Source: Candidatus Binatia bacterium (GTDB lineage: Bacteria; Desulfobacterota; Binatia; UBA9968; CAXXLF01). From it: 64,000 bases of DNA. The notes under the pieces are model-generated. The model ran no database searches. It saw only the letters and a program-made list of their open reading frames with translations, and was not told where the DNA came from. Positions 1-9,925 of this stretch are shown here, in pieces (within the stretch, counting starts at the first letter, position 1; every line of letters starts with the position of its first letter). The stretch lies in NCBI GenBank assembly GCA_963664015.2, contig CAXXLF010000002.1, positions 1,216,001-1,280,000 of the forward strand. Reading direction: 5' to 3'. The position numbers and the translations under genes were made by a program.

Positions 1-574
1 CCCACTGATGGGCCATATTGACTGTCAAGTTGATGACGGCAGCCTTCGCCGCTGCGTAGGCCGCCATATCCAAACTGTTTGTCGGGTTCCCGCGGCCCGC
101 ATTGGAACCGATATTGATGATTACGCCTTTACCTTGTTTTTTCATTACCGGTACCACGGCTTTTGAGCACAGAAACACGCTCTTCACGTTAATCTCAAAG
201 ACACCCATGAAGTCTTCCTCGCTCATTTCAACCAGTGGCACCTTCTTAAACTGTGTCGTATATGAGCTACGACTGAAAGATCCGCCGGCCACGTTGGCCA
301 GGATATCGATCCGACCAAACTTCTCCACGCTCTGTTTCACCATTGCTGCAACCTGGTCGGATTTGGACACATCAACCGTCACCCCCAGGGCCTGAACCCC
401 CAACGCCTCGACTTCCGCGACCGCAGGCGGGATCTCCTCCGGTGGAACGGAGGCAATAACAACGTTGGCTCCAGCCTTGGCAAAAGCCCGCGCGCATCCG
501 CGTCCGATCCCTCCACCTCCACCGGTGACAATGGCGGTCTGCCCTTCAAGAGAAAATCGGGATAGATCGGTCAT
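1..574 (-). CDS. SDR family oxidoreductase (3' end outside window)
   Basis: ATG at 574 after GGAGGAG; translates MTDLSRFSLEGQTAIVTGGGGGIGRG (TGxxxGIG); YAAAKAA (YxxxK) near the window start; absent from the ORF track because it is truncated. Confidence 0.9.
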   Translation of the reverse strand, partial: MTDLSRFSLEGQTAIVTGGGGGIGRGCARAFAKAGANVVIASVPPEEIPPAVAEVEALGVQALGVTVDVSKSDQVAAMVKQSVEKFGRIDILANVAGGSFSRSSYTTQFKKVPLVEMSEEDFMGVFEINVKSVFLCSKAVVPVMKKQGKGVIINIGSNAGRGNPTNSLDMAAYAAAKAAVINLTVNMAHQW

Positions 575-702
575 GGTTCTCCTCCTGTATTGACACCGGG
601 GCTCGGCCGCCCGTAATCCGACCCCACGTCAACACGGAGTGCCGAATTGTCAAGCGTTGAACACACCCTAAAACATCCGACTCATTTGTTTTTCTGCGGC
701 GA

Positions 703-1794
703 CTATAGGCCGTAAAGGGTTTTGGGGTTATCCCAGAGTATTTTTCGTTTTGCCCCGTCGCTGATGCCTTCCATGCTTTTGAACTTTGCAATAGCGTTAA
801 GCTCACTCGACGTGTCACCATGGCCATAGTCTGTTCCAATGACGAGGTTTTCTTCACCCGCGTAGGAGATGACGTATGGAAAGTCGTCGTCGGTCTGGGT
901 CGAAACGTAAATATTGTACTCACGCAGTGGATTGCTGGGCGCCGGGTGATCGCCTCCCGCCGTACGTCGGACAGCCTCGTGAATCACCCACGGGACCCAT
1001 TGACTGGATACCTCGATAAACCCCCACCGTAGCTTAGGAAACACACGGGGGATCTCGCTCATGATCAATGCGTAACAAGCGGTTACCGTGGGGATCCGAA
1101 ACGTCGAGAAACCCCCTCCGGCTTCGTTGGCCATGAGCTTGAACAATTCATGGCTTCCATTACCGAGGTGCACGGTGATGGGCATGTCCAGGCGCTGAGC
1201 CTCGTCATAGATCGGATAGAAAAATGGATCCGTCATCATCTTTTCTTTTTCGAACGGCCGCATACAAACGCCAACGGCACCGTGCTCTTTGGCGAAACGA
1301 ATTTGCGGAATTGCCTCGGAAGGTGTCAGTGCGGGGACCACACAAGTGTAGCGTAGTCGGCCTTCGCCCTCCTTCCATACGTCAGCCATCCAACGGTTCC
1401 AACTCCACGATAGGGCGATCTCCGCGTCGGGCCGTTTGGTAACCGGCGTGATCCACATGGAATTGAACACCACCTGCACATCGATCCCCAACTCATCCAT
1501 ATGGCGCAGCCGCTTGGTCACATCGGCAACCTCTCGGGCTTCCACCGGGGTCCCCACGACCCGGCCGTATCTCTTTAAATGCTCCTCGGCTTGTTTTTCA
1601 TCGGGTGCTGGGAATTTACTTCCCAGGTTCTCACCGTCGAGAACCCATTGCTGTCTTTTGGGAGTTTTCGGCGACTGTACCAAAGTCGGACGGTATTTCT
1701 GCTCCGACGGTTCCAGGTAATCCCATACGCGCTCGCTTTCGACAACATGCGCATCAGCGTCAATGACTAAATTACTACCTTCGGTCGATTCCAT
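703..1794 (-). CDS. Amidohydrolase_2 family protein (ACMSD/LigW-like)
   Basis: IDADAH metal motif, VHLG, GTDYGH and ILWDNP C-terminal motif; start placed at the ATG after GGAGGAG. Confidence 0.85.
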   Translation of the reverse strand: MESTEGSNLVIDADAHVVESERVWDYLEPSEQKYRPTLVQSPKTPKRQQWVLDGENLGSKFPAPDEKQAEEHLKRYGRVVGTPVEAREVADVTKRLRHMDELGIDVQVVFNSMWITPVTKRPDAEIALSWSWNRWMADVWKEGEGRLRYTCVVPALTPSEAIPQIRFAKEHGAVGVCMRPFEKEKMMTDPFFYPIYDEAQRLDMPITVHLGNGSHELFKLMANEAGGGFSTFRIPTVTACYALIMSEIPRVFPKLRWGFIEVSSQWVPWVIHEAVRRTAGGDHPAPSNPLREYNIYVSTQTDDDFPYVISYAGEENLVIGTDYGHGDTSSELNAIAKFKSMEGISDGAKRKILWDNPKTLYGL

Positions 1795-1924
1795 AAGCTC
1801 CTCCAAGGCGGCCTGCCCCCTCTTGTTGGCAAATCACCCTACACCGGAAACCTGCCGCTACCTCTATCACCCTTCAAGAAAAAACTCTATACTTCGGGCG
1901 CGGTTTCCATGCAGTCGCCAGGAC

Positions 1925-2046
1925 GGTATGAGTAGGTTGACACAACGGTCACGATCTTTTATAATGGTATGAGTAGGTTGACACAACGGTCACGATCTTT
2001 TATAATGGTATGAGTAGGTTGACACAACGGTCACGATCTTTTATAA
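1925..2046 (+). repeat. Three tandem 41-bp units, each containing a sigma70 promoter
   Basis: Unit ggtatgagtaggTTGACAcaacggtcacgatcttTTATAAT at 1925, 1966 and 2007; TTGACA-17-TATAAT in copies 1-2, TATAAA in copy 3. Confidence 0.9.
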
Positions 2047-2061
2047 ATGAAGGAGAATCAA

Positions 2062-2622
2062 GTGAATCCCATCATGAGAGTTTTCTACAGCACATTGATA
2101 CTTGCATTCGTTTTAAGCGCGGCCGCCATCGCGGATGAAGAATCTCTAGCCCCCCGGGATTTAAAGAAGCTCAAAATTATTTCTTTTGTTCCCCCGGAAA
2201 AGGCATCCGAGTTTTCCCTCCAAAACCTCAAGGGCGAGACCGTCAAGCTCAGCAGCTATCGGGGAAAGCCCTTGATGCTCTATTTCTGGACCACCTGGTG
2301 ACCCGTATGCGCGAGGGAGTTGCCCTCGCTCCAAAAGATCTACCCTAAAATCAAGCAACACGGACTGGTCATCCTCCTCATCAACGTCAAGGAGCCCCCA
2401 GCAAAGGTCCGGAGCACGGTCAAGGAGCGAGGCTACGGTTTGCCGGTCCTTCTTGACATCCAGGGGACTACCGCCCAAGCCTACGGGGCCTGGGGCACCC
2501 CCGCTGTCTATTTGATCGACCCCCGTGGTCGCGTCGTGGCCGGAGGGATGGGGCCACACCATTGGAACACCCCTGAATGGGTCCGGGTGCTCAGTTCCCT
2601 GGGCGGATCGCCAGAAAATTGA
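2062..2622 (+). CDS. TlpA/ResA-like redoxin selenoprotein (UxxC) with N-terminal signal/anchor
   Basis: ORFs 2047-2301 and 2320-2622 are in the same frame, joined by TGA 2299-2301 at the first Cys position (FWTTW-U-PVCARELP); cis-Pro GTP motif; hairpin just downstream; start placed at the GTG after AAGGAG. Confidence 0.85.
2311..2329 (+). promoter_or_regulatory. Putative bacterial SECIS hairpin
   Basis: GCGAGGG-AGTTG-CCCTCGC, a perfect 7-bp stem starting 10 nt after the in-frame UGA. Confidence 0.7.
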
Positions 2623-2722
2623 TTTACGAGTAAAAATGGTGGAACCTGACAATCCATTGATACGTTTAAACAGCACTAGACATCTCATCGGTCACCGTAT
2701 TGAATCTAAAAGGGAGATCTTT

Positions 2723-2851
2723 ATGAAACGTCTCAAAAGGGCAGTGCTCGTTCTAATTCTTCCATTTGCCCTTTTCACGGTTTCAGTCTCGAGTGCTGCC
2801 GCCGTCTCGGTAGGTAATTATTTACCTGGCGTGACCGGGGCTACAATTTGA
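2723..2851 (+). CDS. Small signal-peptide ORF or gene remnant
   Basis: GGGAG RBS; MKRLKR followed by a hydrophobic stretch and AxA; stops after 42 aa. Confidence 0.3.
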   Translation: MKRLKRAVLVLILPFALFTVSVSSAAAVSVGNYLPGVTGATI

Positions 2852-3331
2852 CCCGACATTGAAAAGCTCCACGTATTGGCACCGCAGTTGTTGTGCGTGG
2901 CTGTTAGACTGAACGATTCGCCGCCCCCCCCAACGGTTATGGATAAGGCGACCTGGGCGTTCTGCCTGAATCCAGAGCTTGTCAAAGTGCTTACAGAGCT
3001 CGTATAAGTTTCGTTATCTATAAAAAAGGCCTCTTGATGGAGCGCGCCCTGCTTCCAATTTTGTCGGGAGCCGCCTGAATGCTGATCAGGATGTCTTTGG
3101 CGTGTTTCCTAACCAGCGCCTCGCGGAGCCAAAGTTCGACGGCTAGGAGAGGAGTAGGAACGAGTAGCAAGAGAACAAAGACAGGAATCCGAACCATAAG
3201 AACCGCTTGGACGGGGATCCATCCCTGTCAAATGAGATGTGCTATTACCCGGTCTGGAATTATAGAGAGGGCCCCTAAACAGCGGCCTCGTCCAACAATT
3301 TGTAGCTTCACAATATCACCTTTGCTGCGAG

Positions 3332-4483
3332 CTAACGGTAGACCTCATCGGGCATCTGGAACTTGGCGCCTTCTTTCTCCAGGGCTTCGAGGTAGCTCTT
3401 GCGGATCTGGGGGTCCTCATCCCTGTACTCGATGGTGTTCCCTCCCTTGGATTGGTCCAGATTCCAGGTCGTCTCATCGCCGGGTGCCCCGTAATAGGGC
3501 CGGGGATACCCACCGAGGAAGGCGAGAACCCGGAACTGTCCATTGGCGGTTCCGAAATGGGCGTGATACCAGTTGTCGCCCCCTGGTGCTGCACTCACGA
3601 GTCCGCCTTCAACGTAGTCCTGCCGCTTCACTAGATGGCCCTGTCCCGTTTCCCAAGGACGAATCCCAATCTCCCGGGGCCAGGTGATTGAGTATCCCTT
3701 ACCCCGCACACACACCACCACGGGTCCCGATTCGTGATAGTGGGCTTTGGAATATCGTCCCTGTGGGTACTCGGCTAAAAATCCAAAAAAGCTATTTTCA
3801 GACAGTCGCCATTTGAAATATCGGTGTCCTGCGCCCCTTTGGTTCTCCAGGGGCAACTCACAGTTTAGGGTGTCGGGCACCAGGTTACCGGGATTGACGT
3901 GGCGACCTGACAGGGGATCGATATCCAGCTGATCAGCGGGCTTGAAGTAGTCCGTGTCGGCACCATACCGGTCGTCAAATTCAAAGTGATTCTCGAAGAT
4001 AAATCGCCGGCTGCGGTAGAGCGCCATGATGGGAGGCGCATTGGTCGCAACGAGCAAGAGTGCCGGACTGGAGGCTGCGTTCACTAGACGGTGCCAACTA
4101 TTAAGAGGAGGGGAGAACAAACTACTCTTTTGCCACTCAAAGATCTGTTTCTTCTCGGGATTGCCGTCCGTCCAAATTTCAGTCGTTCCGCGGCCTTCTA
4201 CGACCCAGAAGATCTCCTCGTACATGTGCCTTTCGGGAATAAGGGCACCGCCGGGAGGTATCTCCAGGACGTAAAGGCCCGATTTGCCCCCGACCCCGTT
4301 GAGTTCGAGATAGGCGCCGTTGCCGCCGGTACGTTTCCACGGGCCCAGGGTCAGGTCTCGCACATCATAGACCCCTAATCCCCGGACAATGGGAATACCC
4401 TCTTCCTCGATGAAGGACTCGTAGACCGTGGGAGGCCGTTTCCAGCGAAAACGTCCTACAACTTTTAGATCTTCCTCCGCCAT
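3332..4483 (-). CDS. Bicupin protein
   Basis: Two cupin motif sets: ERHMYEE...WHRL and SKAHYHESG...WYHAHF. Confidence 0.8.
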   Translation of the reverse strand: MAEEDLKVVGRFRWKRPPTVYESFIEEEGIPIVRGLGVYDVRDLTLGPWKRTGGNGAYLELNGVGGKSGLYVLEIPPGGALIPERHMYEEIFWVVEGRGTTEIWTDGNPEKKQIFEWQKSSLFSPPLNSWHRLVNAASSPALLLVATNAPPIMALYRSRRFIFENHFEFDDRYGADTDYFKPADQLDIDPLSGRHVNPGNLVPDTLNCELPLENQRGAGHRYFKWRLSENSFFGFLAEYPQGRYSKAHYHESGPVVVCVRGKGYSITWPREIGIRPWETGQGHLVKRQDYVEGGLVSAAPGGDNWYHAHFGTANGQFRVLAFLGGYPRPYYGAPGDETTWNLDQSKGGNTIEYRDEDPQIRKSYLEALEKEGAKFQMPDEVYR

Positions 4484-5162
4484 GACTGCTCCTCCAAGTT
4501 GCTTTTTGATTCAATCTTGTCTGAATAACAGCACTTCAGTGCCGAATGCGAATCTTCCAACGCGGGGTGCTGAATGCCGTATGAATATGATTTCTGACGG
4601 TAGGTTATAGCGCTCTTAGCGAGAGGATTGCAACCGGACCTTGTCTCGCCTATTTCAAGATTGAGGTGAAACAATTATATCCAACCCAGGCTCAAGGACT
4701 AGAGCTTGGGATCAATATCACATTGCTTGCGGCTGTCAGGATGTTTTGGTTGAAATTCAGGTAAAATTGCAGGTTCGGAACGACTATGAAAACTCTACCC
4801 GTGACGGAAACATAAAGGAGGTCAACAAGGGATTCGACAAAAATATCAAGTTTCCAGTGCAACCGAGGGTCAACTAGCAGAAGTGATTGGCAAAGTTTCC
4901 CCTTCCATATTACCCCTCAATAGGCTAGCTTTGAGTCTACTCTGGCCTCCTCAAAACTTACTAGATTATCCTAATAAGCCAGGCACATCAGGGACCGGAT
5001 TTACTCCTTGTGTTTCGCATAAACGGAGTCTAGATGATGGTGGGGATAGAATTCCTTCAATAGATGAGCTTAATAACTATTTCCAGGGGACATCTTTTCG
5101 GGAAAAACCGTGGAGAAGATGCAAAAGATAAAAGTTCCTAATCACCCTGAAAGAGGTATTCG

Positions 5163-6752
5163 ATGCGCATATTCCTGATCCACATTCGCGACCCCCAGTT
5201 CTACGCGCTGCCGGCAACAACCCGTGCCAAGAACGGAAACATCCGGGTTATGGGGTTCCCGCCCATTGGGATCATGTCACTCTCGGCAGTGCTCAAGCGC
5301 GACGGCCACGAGTGCGTTATATTCGACCAGGCCAATCCGGCGACACCGAACGAGGTGATTATCGAGGAGATCAAGCGGCAGCGTCCGGCGCTGGTCGGCC
5401 TGAGTTTCCTGAGTACCACCAGCTACCCGTATGCGAAGATCCTCGCCCGACAGATCCGGGCGTCCGATGCGGCGGTGCGACTGGCATTCGGTGGGGTGTT
5501 CGCCACCCTTAACGCCCAGCTGGTAAAGCGACAATGCCCTGAAGTGGACTTCGTATGCCGCGGCGACGGTGAGCAACTGCTTCTGGACCTGCTGGATCGC
5601 TTGGAAGACCCTGCCGACGTTGCCGGGCTTACCTGGGCCAAGGATGGAGAGCTGGTGCATAATCCAGACCGGCCGCTGGAGCGCAATCTTGACCAGTGGC
5701 CGTTCCCGGACCGGGAGAGCCTTCCCTTGGACTTCATCGAGTCCATGCCCCTCGATGTACCCGCCGTCCTCTCCATGGATCGATTCACGACCATGCAGAC
5801 TTCCCGCGGCTGCCCGTGGCCGTGCGTGTTCTGCGACATTCCGATCTTCAACGAGGGGAAGTGGCGCTCCCGTTCCCCACAGCACGTTCTAGCGGAGTTT
5901 GACCACCTGCAAGAGATGGGTTACGGAGCAGTGTACTTCGTGGACGACCACTTCCTCCTTCAGCCCAAACGGATCGAAGCCATCTGCAAGGGGATCAACC
6001 GGAACGGGATCACCATTGAGTGGGGCTGTGAAGGGCGCGTCGACTCGGTCGTCCAGCACCTGTTTCCGGCCATGGCCAAGGCTCACTGCCGTACGCTCAT
6101 GTTGGGGATCGAGTCGGGAAGCCAGAAAGTGCTCGATCGACTAAAGAAAGAGCAATCGCTTGCTGAGGTTGAGACAGCCGTGGTCAATGCCAAAGAAGCG
6201 GGGATTGAGATCGTACACGGGTTCTTCGTCCTCGGGAACCCGGACGAGACGGTTGAGGATGTTCGCGCCACCTTCGACTTCGCCGCCAAGCTCCCGCTGG
6301 ACACCTTTGGCTTCAACCGCCTTTGCGTCTATCGCGGAACACCGCTCTGGCACGAGTACGTCCAGCGCGGCCTGGTGAACGAAGTGGACGATTGGTACAA
6401 GTATTTCAAGTGCTCGGAAATCGACCCTACCTGTCTTTCCGGCGAAGCGATCAACATCGAGCGTACCGCCGGGTTGCGGCGGTTGTTTCGCTACAAGTTA
6501 ATGCACTACCCACTCCAGACGTTCCGGCTGCTGCGGCGTTTTCTCCGTCACATGCCCCTGCGCGACGTTGTCTATCTTCTCGCTAAGCCGTTCCTCGGGG
6601 CGAAACGCGGGGCAACGAAGGCCGAGGTACTATCACGCGCCGTCGATCACGGCGAGGCAAAGACGGCGGCAGCAGAGCTCACAAGGGTATCCGACCCCAT
6701 CCTTGCTAAAGTTGCGCATGAGTCACAGTTGGAACGCCAGCGGTTGCAGTAA
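5163..6752 (+). CDS. B12-binding domain radical SAM protein (class B methyltransferase-like)
   Basis: PPIG..SL and GGVFAT B12 domain; TSRGCPWPCVFC (CxxxCxxC); GIESGS. Confidence 0.9.
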   Translation: MRIFLIHIRDPQFYALPATTRAKNGNIRVMGFPPIGIMSLSAVLKRDGHECVIFDQANPATPNEVIIEEIKRQRPALVGLSFLSTTSYPYAKILARQIRASDAAVRLAFGGVFATLNAQLVKRQCPEVDFVCRGDGEQLLLDLLDRLEDPADVAGLTWAKDGELVHNPDRPLERNLDQWPFPDRESLPLDFIESMPLDVPAVLSMDRFTTMQTSRGCPWPCVFCDIPIFNEGKWRSRSPQHVLAEFDHLQEMGYGAVYFVDDHFLLQPKRIEAICKGINRNGITIEWGCEGRVDSVVQHLFPAMAKAHCRTLMLGIESGSQKVLDRLKKEQSLAEVETAVVNAKEAGIEIVHGFFVLGNPDETVEDVRATFDFAAKLPLDTFGFNRLCVYRGTPLWHEYVQRGLVNEVDDWYKYFKCSEIDPTCLSGEAINIERTAGLRRLFRYKLMHYPLQTFRLLRRFLRHMPLRDVVYLLAKPFLGAKRGATKAEVLSRAVDHGEAKTAAAELTRVSDPILAKVAHESQLERQRLQ

Positions 6753-6841
6753 ACGGCCAACAGTGTTTTGGGGACAGGTCTAGCAATCACGCAGCGTAAG
6801 GGCTGGACGGATGGGAGAGAGAGGGTTCGAAGATTATATCG

Positions 6842-6890
6842 AATGGTGGTCGCAGCAGGACTCGAACCTGCGACCTCTTGCATGTGAAGC
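6842..6890 (-). repeat. att site: displaced 3' half of tRNA-Val
   Basis: aatggtggtcgcagcaggactcgaacctgcgacctcttgcatgtgaagc, identical to 41503-41551. Confidence 0.95.
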
Positions 6891-7487
6891 GTATTACTAC
6901 CGTGACGATAACCTAATCCTTCCTACAATACCCAAGCAATCCAATGGATCTGGCCTTCGTGGTTCGTCAGTTGTTGGGGCTTGTATGCTCCAGTACACGG
7001 ACATAAGGCGGTACAGTGGCGTAGACCCATCTATGGGGTCTACCCGCTACCTCAAAAGAGATTCTTACCCCCTACTCCAGGCAATATTAGCTAGGTATCT
7101 GTTGCGTATTATGCAAAAGGTCCCTTCTAACCACTTGAACAGCAAGGCCTATTTCACCCCTGTCCGTGTTCTGTCCGTGGCTTTCACGGGAGGTCCCATA
7201 TAATACGACCAGCCAAAACAAAGCAGGGGAAGCGGGGATAGTAAGAACACCATGGAGAGTGTGTATCAAAATGCCCCGATGTCGAGATCCCAAGGGTCGC
7301 AGCGTCCAGGGCAGAATCCCCAAGGGCAAGGCGGCACACCCCCCACCCCGGCATATGGGCATAGGGGAGGTTGGCGCACGTCCCCACGAAACAAAAGGCC
7401 CCCCCCTGGGGGATCACATGGGGGGCCCCTCTCCCAATTTTTCAAAAATCATAAAAGGGTTCAAATTATTACTAGAGGATAACCAAT

Positions 7488-7946
7488 ATGGCAGGAAAGA
7501 GCAGATTACGGACTAATATACCAGACGCAGCAAGGGCTAAGGCTATGCATGAGGCCGGTATAAGGATAGGCGAGATCGTGGAGGCTACAGGAGTCTCTCA
7601 ACGGGTGATTTATGACATTGTCCATGGGGTCGGTAAATGGGGTCAGATCGTCCATAACGATGAGCGGTTCAAGCAGTATAGAGATGAGGTAAAAAAGCAG
7701 CTACAAACCGGCTCCCTGGAACTTTCCAAAAAGTGCCTAACCCAGATAGAGGATAAGCTACCGCAGGCCAGTGCAGCACAGGCAGCGGTGGTCTACGGCA
7801 TCATCTTTGACAAGGAACGCCTTCAGGCCGGGGAAAGTTCCTTGAATGTAGCCGTCATCAACAAACGTGATCTGGAGGATGAGGACGCCCTTTTAGCCAG
7901 GCTGGCAGCTTCCATGATAGAGGATAAGGTTTCCAAGGGTGAGTAA
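7488..7946 (+). CDS. HTH protein, terminase small subunit-like
   Basis: N-terminal HTH (IGEIVEATGVSQRVIYDIV); C-terminal YGIIFDKERLQAGES resembles phage TerS-type proteins; GAGGA RBS. Confidence 0.5.
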   Translation: MAGKSRLRTNIPDAARAKAMHEAGIRIGEIVEATGVSQRVIYDIVHGVGKWGQIVHNDERFKQYRDEVKKQLQTGSLELSKKCLTQIEDKLPQASAAQAAVVYGIIFDKERLQAGESSLNVAVINKRDLEDEDALLARLAASMIEDKVSKGE

Positions 7947-7987
7947 TCCAATATCGTTAACGCTCTTAATGTGGACTCTCAGCACCA

Positions 7988-8347
7988 CTACCAAAACTTC
8001 CACCAACTAGGTTTGTTCCTTCCACATCCCTTGTATTTCTTCTTCACGCATTCACGGGCAAGTTCTTGTGCGGCAGAGATGTCGGTGGGGGTCATCAGTT
8101 TCGCAATAATGTCTCTGTTTTTGGATGCGCTCTTAGATTTCCCAGATGATACGGCAATATTTGCCCACATATGGGCATAGACATAGTCCTGTAAAACACC
8201 TTGTCCCGTGTGGTACATCAAACCCAGATTGAACTGGGCATCGGCATATCCCTGTTCCGCAAGGGGTGTCCATTCACGCAGAGCGGTTGCGTAGTCACCA
8301 CTTTGGGCAGCAGTTAGACCCTTTTGGAAATCAGCACTCCAACTCAT
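7988..8347 (-). CDS. Sel1-repeat protein (1 repeat); signal peptide detached by frameshift (uORF 8344-8406)
   Basis: ADAQFNLGLMY..GQGV.QDY; upstream MRNLTATICLTIALLLGITG* overlaps the start via ATGA. Confidence 0.8.
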   Translation of the reverse strand: MSWSADFQKGLTAAQSGDYATALREWTPLAEQGYADAQFNLGLMYHTGQGVLQDYVYAHMWANIAVSSGKSKSASKNRDIIAKLMTPTDISAAQELARECVKKKYKGCGRNKPSWWKFW

Positions 8348-8406
8348 CCCGTAATCCCAAGAAGCAGGGCAATCGTCAGGCAGATGGTGGCGGTCAGGTT
8401 TCTCAT

Positions 8407-8460
8407 AGGGAAAAGAGTTACACAGAATGGGGGATTTGGGTAGTCAGAATGAGATTATAC
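8407..8460 (-). repeat. 54-bp conserved Sel1 cassette spacer (other copies 9709-9762, 12266-12319, 23545-23598, 27695-27748, 28565-28618)
   Basis: Consensus gtataattcaattctgactacccaaatcccccattctatgtaactcttttccct between the KGC-stop and the next start codon; all six copies are 54 bp. Confidence 0.9.
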
Positions 8461-9708
8461 TCAACACCCTTTGTATTTCTTACGGACGCATTCACGGGCA
8501 AGGTCTTGTGTTTTTTCAAGTTGGGATGGGGTCAATAACTTCGCAACCAAATCTCTCACCTTCTCCCCTCCCTCATATCCATTAGATGCGGCAATATTCC
8601 CCCACATATGGGCATAGACATAGTCCTGGATGACACCTCGTCCCATGCCGTACATCACACCCAGATTGGACTGGGCAACGGCAAGCCCCTGCTTGGCAGC
8701 AAGTCGGTACCACTTCACCGCAGTCTTATAGTTCTGTGGAACACCTTGTCCCTTGGCGTACATCCAACCCAGATTGAACTGAGCCTCGGCATCCCCCTGT
8801 TCGGCAGCAAGTCTGTACCACTTCAGTGCAGTCTTGTAGTCCTGTGGAACACCCTCTCCTTTGCGGTACATCCAACCCAGATTGTTCTGGGCATCGGCAT
8901 CCCCCTGTTCGGCAGAAAGCGTGTACCACTTCACCGCAGCCCTATAGTCCTTTGGCACATTTTGTCCTTTTGCGTACATCAAACCCAGATTGTACTGGGC
9001 ATCGGCATTCCCCTGTTCGGCAGAAAGTCGGTACCACTTCACCGCAGTCTTATAATCCTGTGGGACACCTCGTCCTTTATCGTACATCACACCCAGATTA
9101 TACTGGGCAATGGCAAGCCCCTGTTCGGCAGCAAGTCTGAGCCACTTCACCGCAGTCTTATAGTCCGGTGGAACACCTTGTCCCTTGGCGTACATCAAAC
9201 CCAGATTGGACTGGGCATCGGCATCCCCCTGTTCGGCAGAAAGCGTGTACCACTTCACCGCAGCCCTATAGTCCTTTGGCACACCTTGTCCTTTTGCGTA
9301 CATAAAACCCAGATTGTACTGGGCATCGGCATTCCCCTGTTCGGCAGAAAGTCGGAACCACTTCACCGCAGTCTTATAGTTCTGTGGAACACCTTGTCCC
9401 TTGGCGTACATCCAACCCAGATTGAACTGAGCCTCGGCATCCCCCTGTTCGGCAGCAAGTCGGTACCACTTCACCGCAGTCTTATAGTTCTGTGGAACAC
9501 CCTCTCCTTTGTCGTACATCCAACCCACATTGTACTGGGCCTCGGCATATCCCTGTTCGGCAAGGGGTGTCCATTCACGCAGAGCAGTTGCGTAGTCTTT
9601 CTTGTTGTACGCATCCCATCCCTTCTGGAAGTCAGCACTCCACGACATCCCCGCACTTCCAAGAAGCACGGCAATGGTCAGGCAGATGGTGGCGGTCAGA
9701 CGTTTCAC
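8461..9708 (-). CDS. Secreted Sel1-repeat protein (9 repeats)
   Basis: Signal peptide; nine 36-aa AQxNLGxMYxxGxGVPQDYKTAVKWYRLAAEQG units; C-cap ARECVRKKYKGC. Confidence 0.92.
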   Translation of the reverse strand: MKRLTATICLTIAVLLGSAGMSWSADFQKGWDAYNKKDYATALREWTPLAEQGYAEAQYNVGWMYDKGEGVPQNYKTAVKWYRLAAEQGDAEAQFNLGWMYAKGQGVPQNYKTAVKWFRLSAEQGNADAQYNLGFMYAKGQGVPKDYRAAVKWYTLSAEQGDADAQSNLGLMYAKGQGVPPDYKTAVKWLRLAAEQGLAIAQYNLGVMYDKGRGVPQDYKTAVKWYRLSAEQGNADAQYNLGLMYAKGQNVPKDYRAAVKWYTLSAEQGDADAQNNLGWMYRKGEGVPQDYKTALKWYRLAAEQGDAEAQFNLGWMYAKGQGVPQNYKTAVKWYRLAAKQGLAVAQSNLGVMYGMGRGVIQDYVYAHMWGNIAASNGYEGGEKVRDLVAKLLTPSQLEKTQDLARECVRKKYKGC

Positions 9709-9762
9709 AGGGAAAAGAGTTACACAGAATGGGGGATTTGGGTAGTCAGAATTGAATTATAC

Positions 9763-9909
9763 TCAACACCCTTTGCATTTCTTACGGACGCACTCACGGG
9801 CAAGTCTCTGTGCTTCTGCGATTTGGGTAGGGGTCATTTGTTTCGCAACCATGTCTTGCAACTTCATTCCCTTCTTACTCCCATTGGACGCACCTAGGTT
9901 TCCCCACAT
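9763..9909 (-). pseudogene. Sel1 gene C-cap remnant
   Basis: Translates MWGNLGASNG...LARECVRKKCKGC*; begins 16 bp after the tRNA-Ser 3' end. Confidence 0.8.
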
Positions 9910-9925
9910 AAAGGTTGGGAAGTCG

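Noticed and set aside
1925-2046. Possible CRISPR array
   Set aside because: Units are contiguous with no unique spacers, and no cas genes are present
2723-3007. Second UGA read-through protein (TGA at 2849-2851, frame open to 3007)
   Set aside because: No redox motif around the TGA and no convincing SECIS hairpin
3018-3197. 59-aa minus-strand ORF with hydrophobic N terminus (MVRIPVFVLLLLVPTPLLA)
   Set aside because: No clear RBS or motif; cannot be supported beyond chance or a remnant
4465-5131. Short ORFs between the cupin and radical SAM genes
   Set aside because: No motifs or RBS; likely a divergent promoter region
6842-6890. Second tRNA-Val gene
   Set aside because: Only the 3' half is present; it is the att duplication
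8608-9897. 429-aa plus-strand ORF, and similar ones at 11535, 23776 and 27932
   Set aside because: Antisense shadows of the Sel1 repeats; one stop-free 108-bp unit repeated gives a long ORF, with no RBS or recognisable fold
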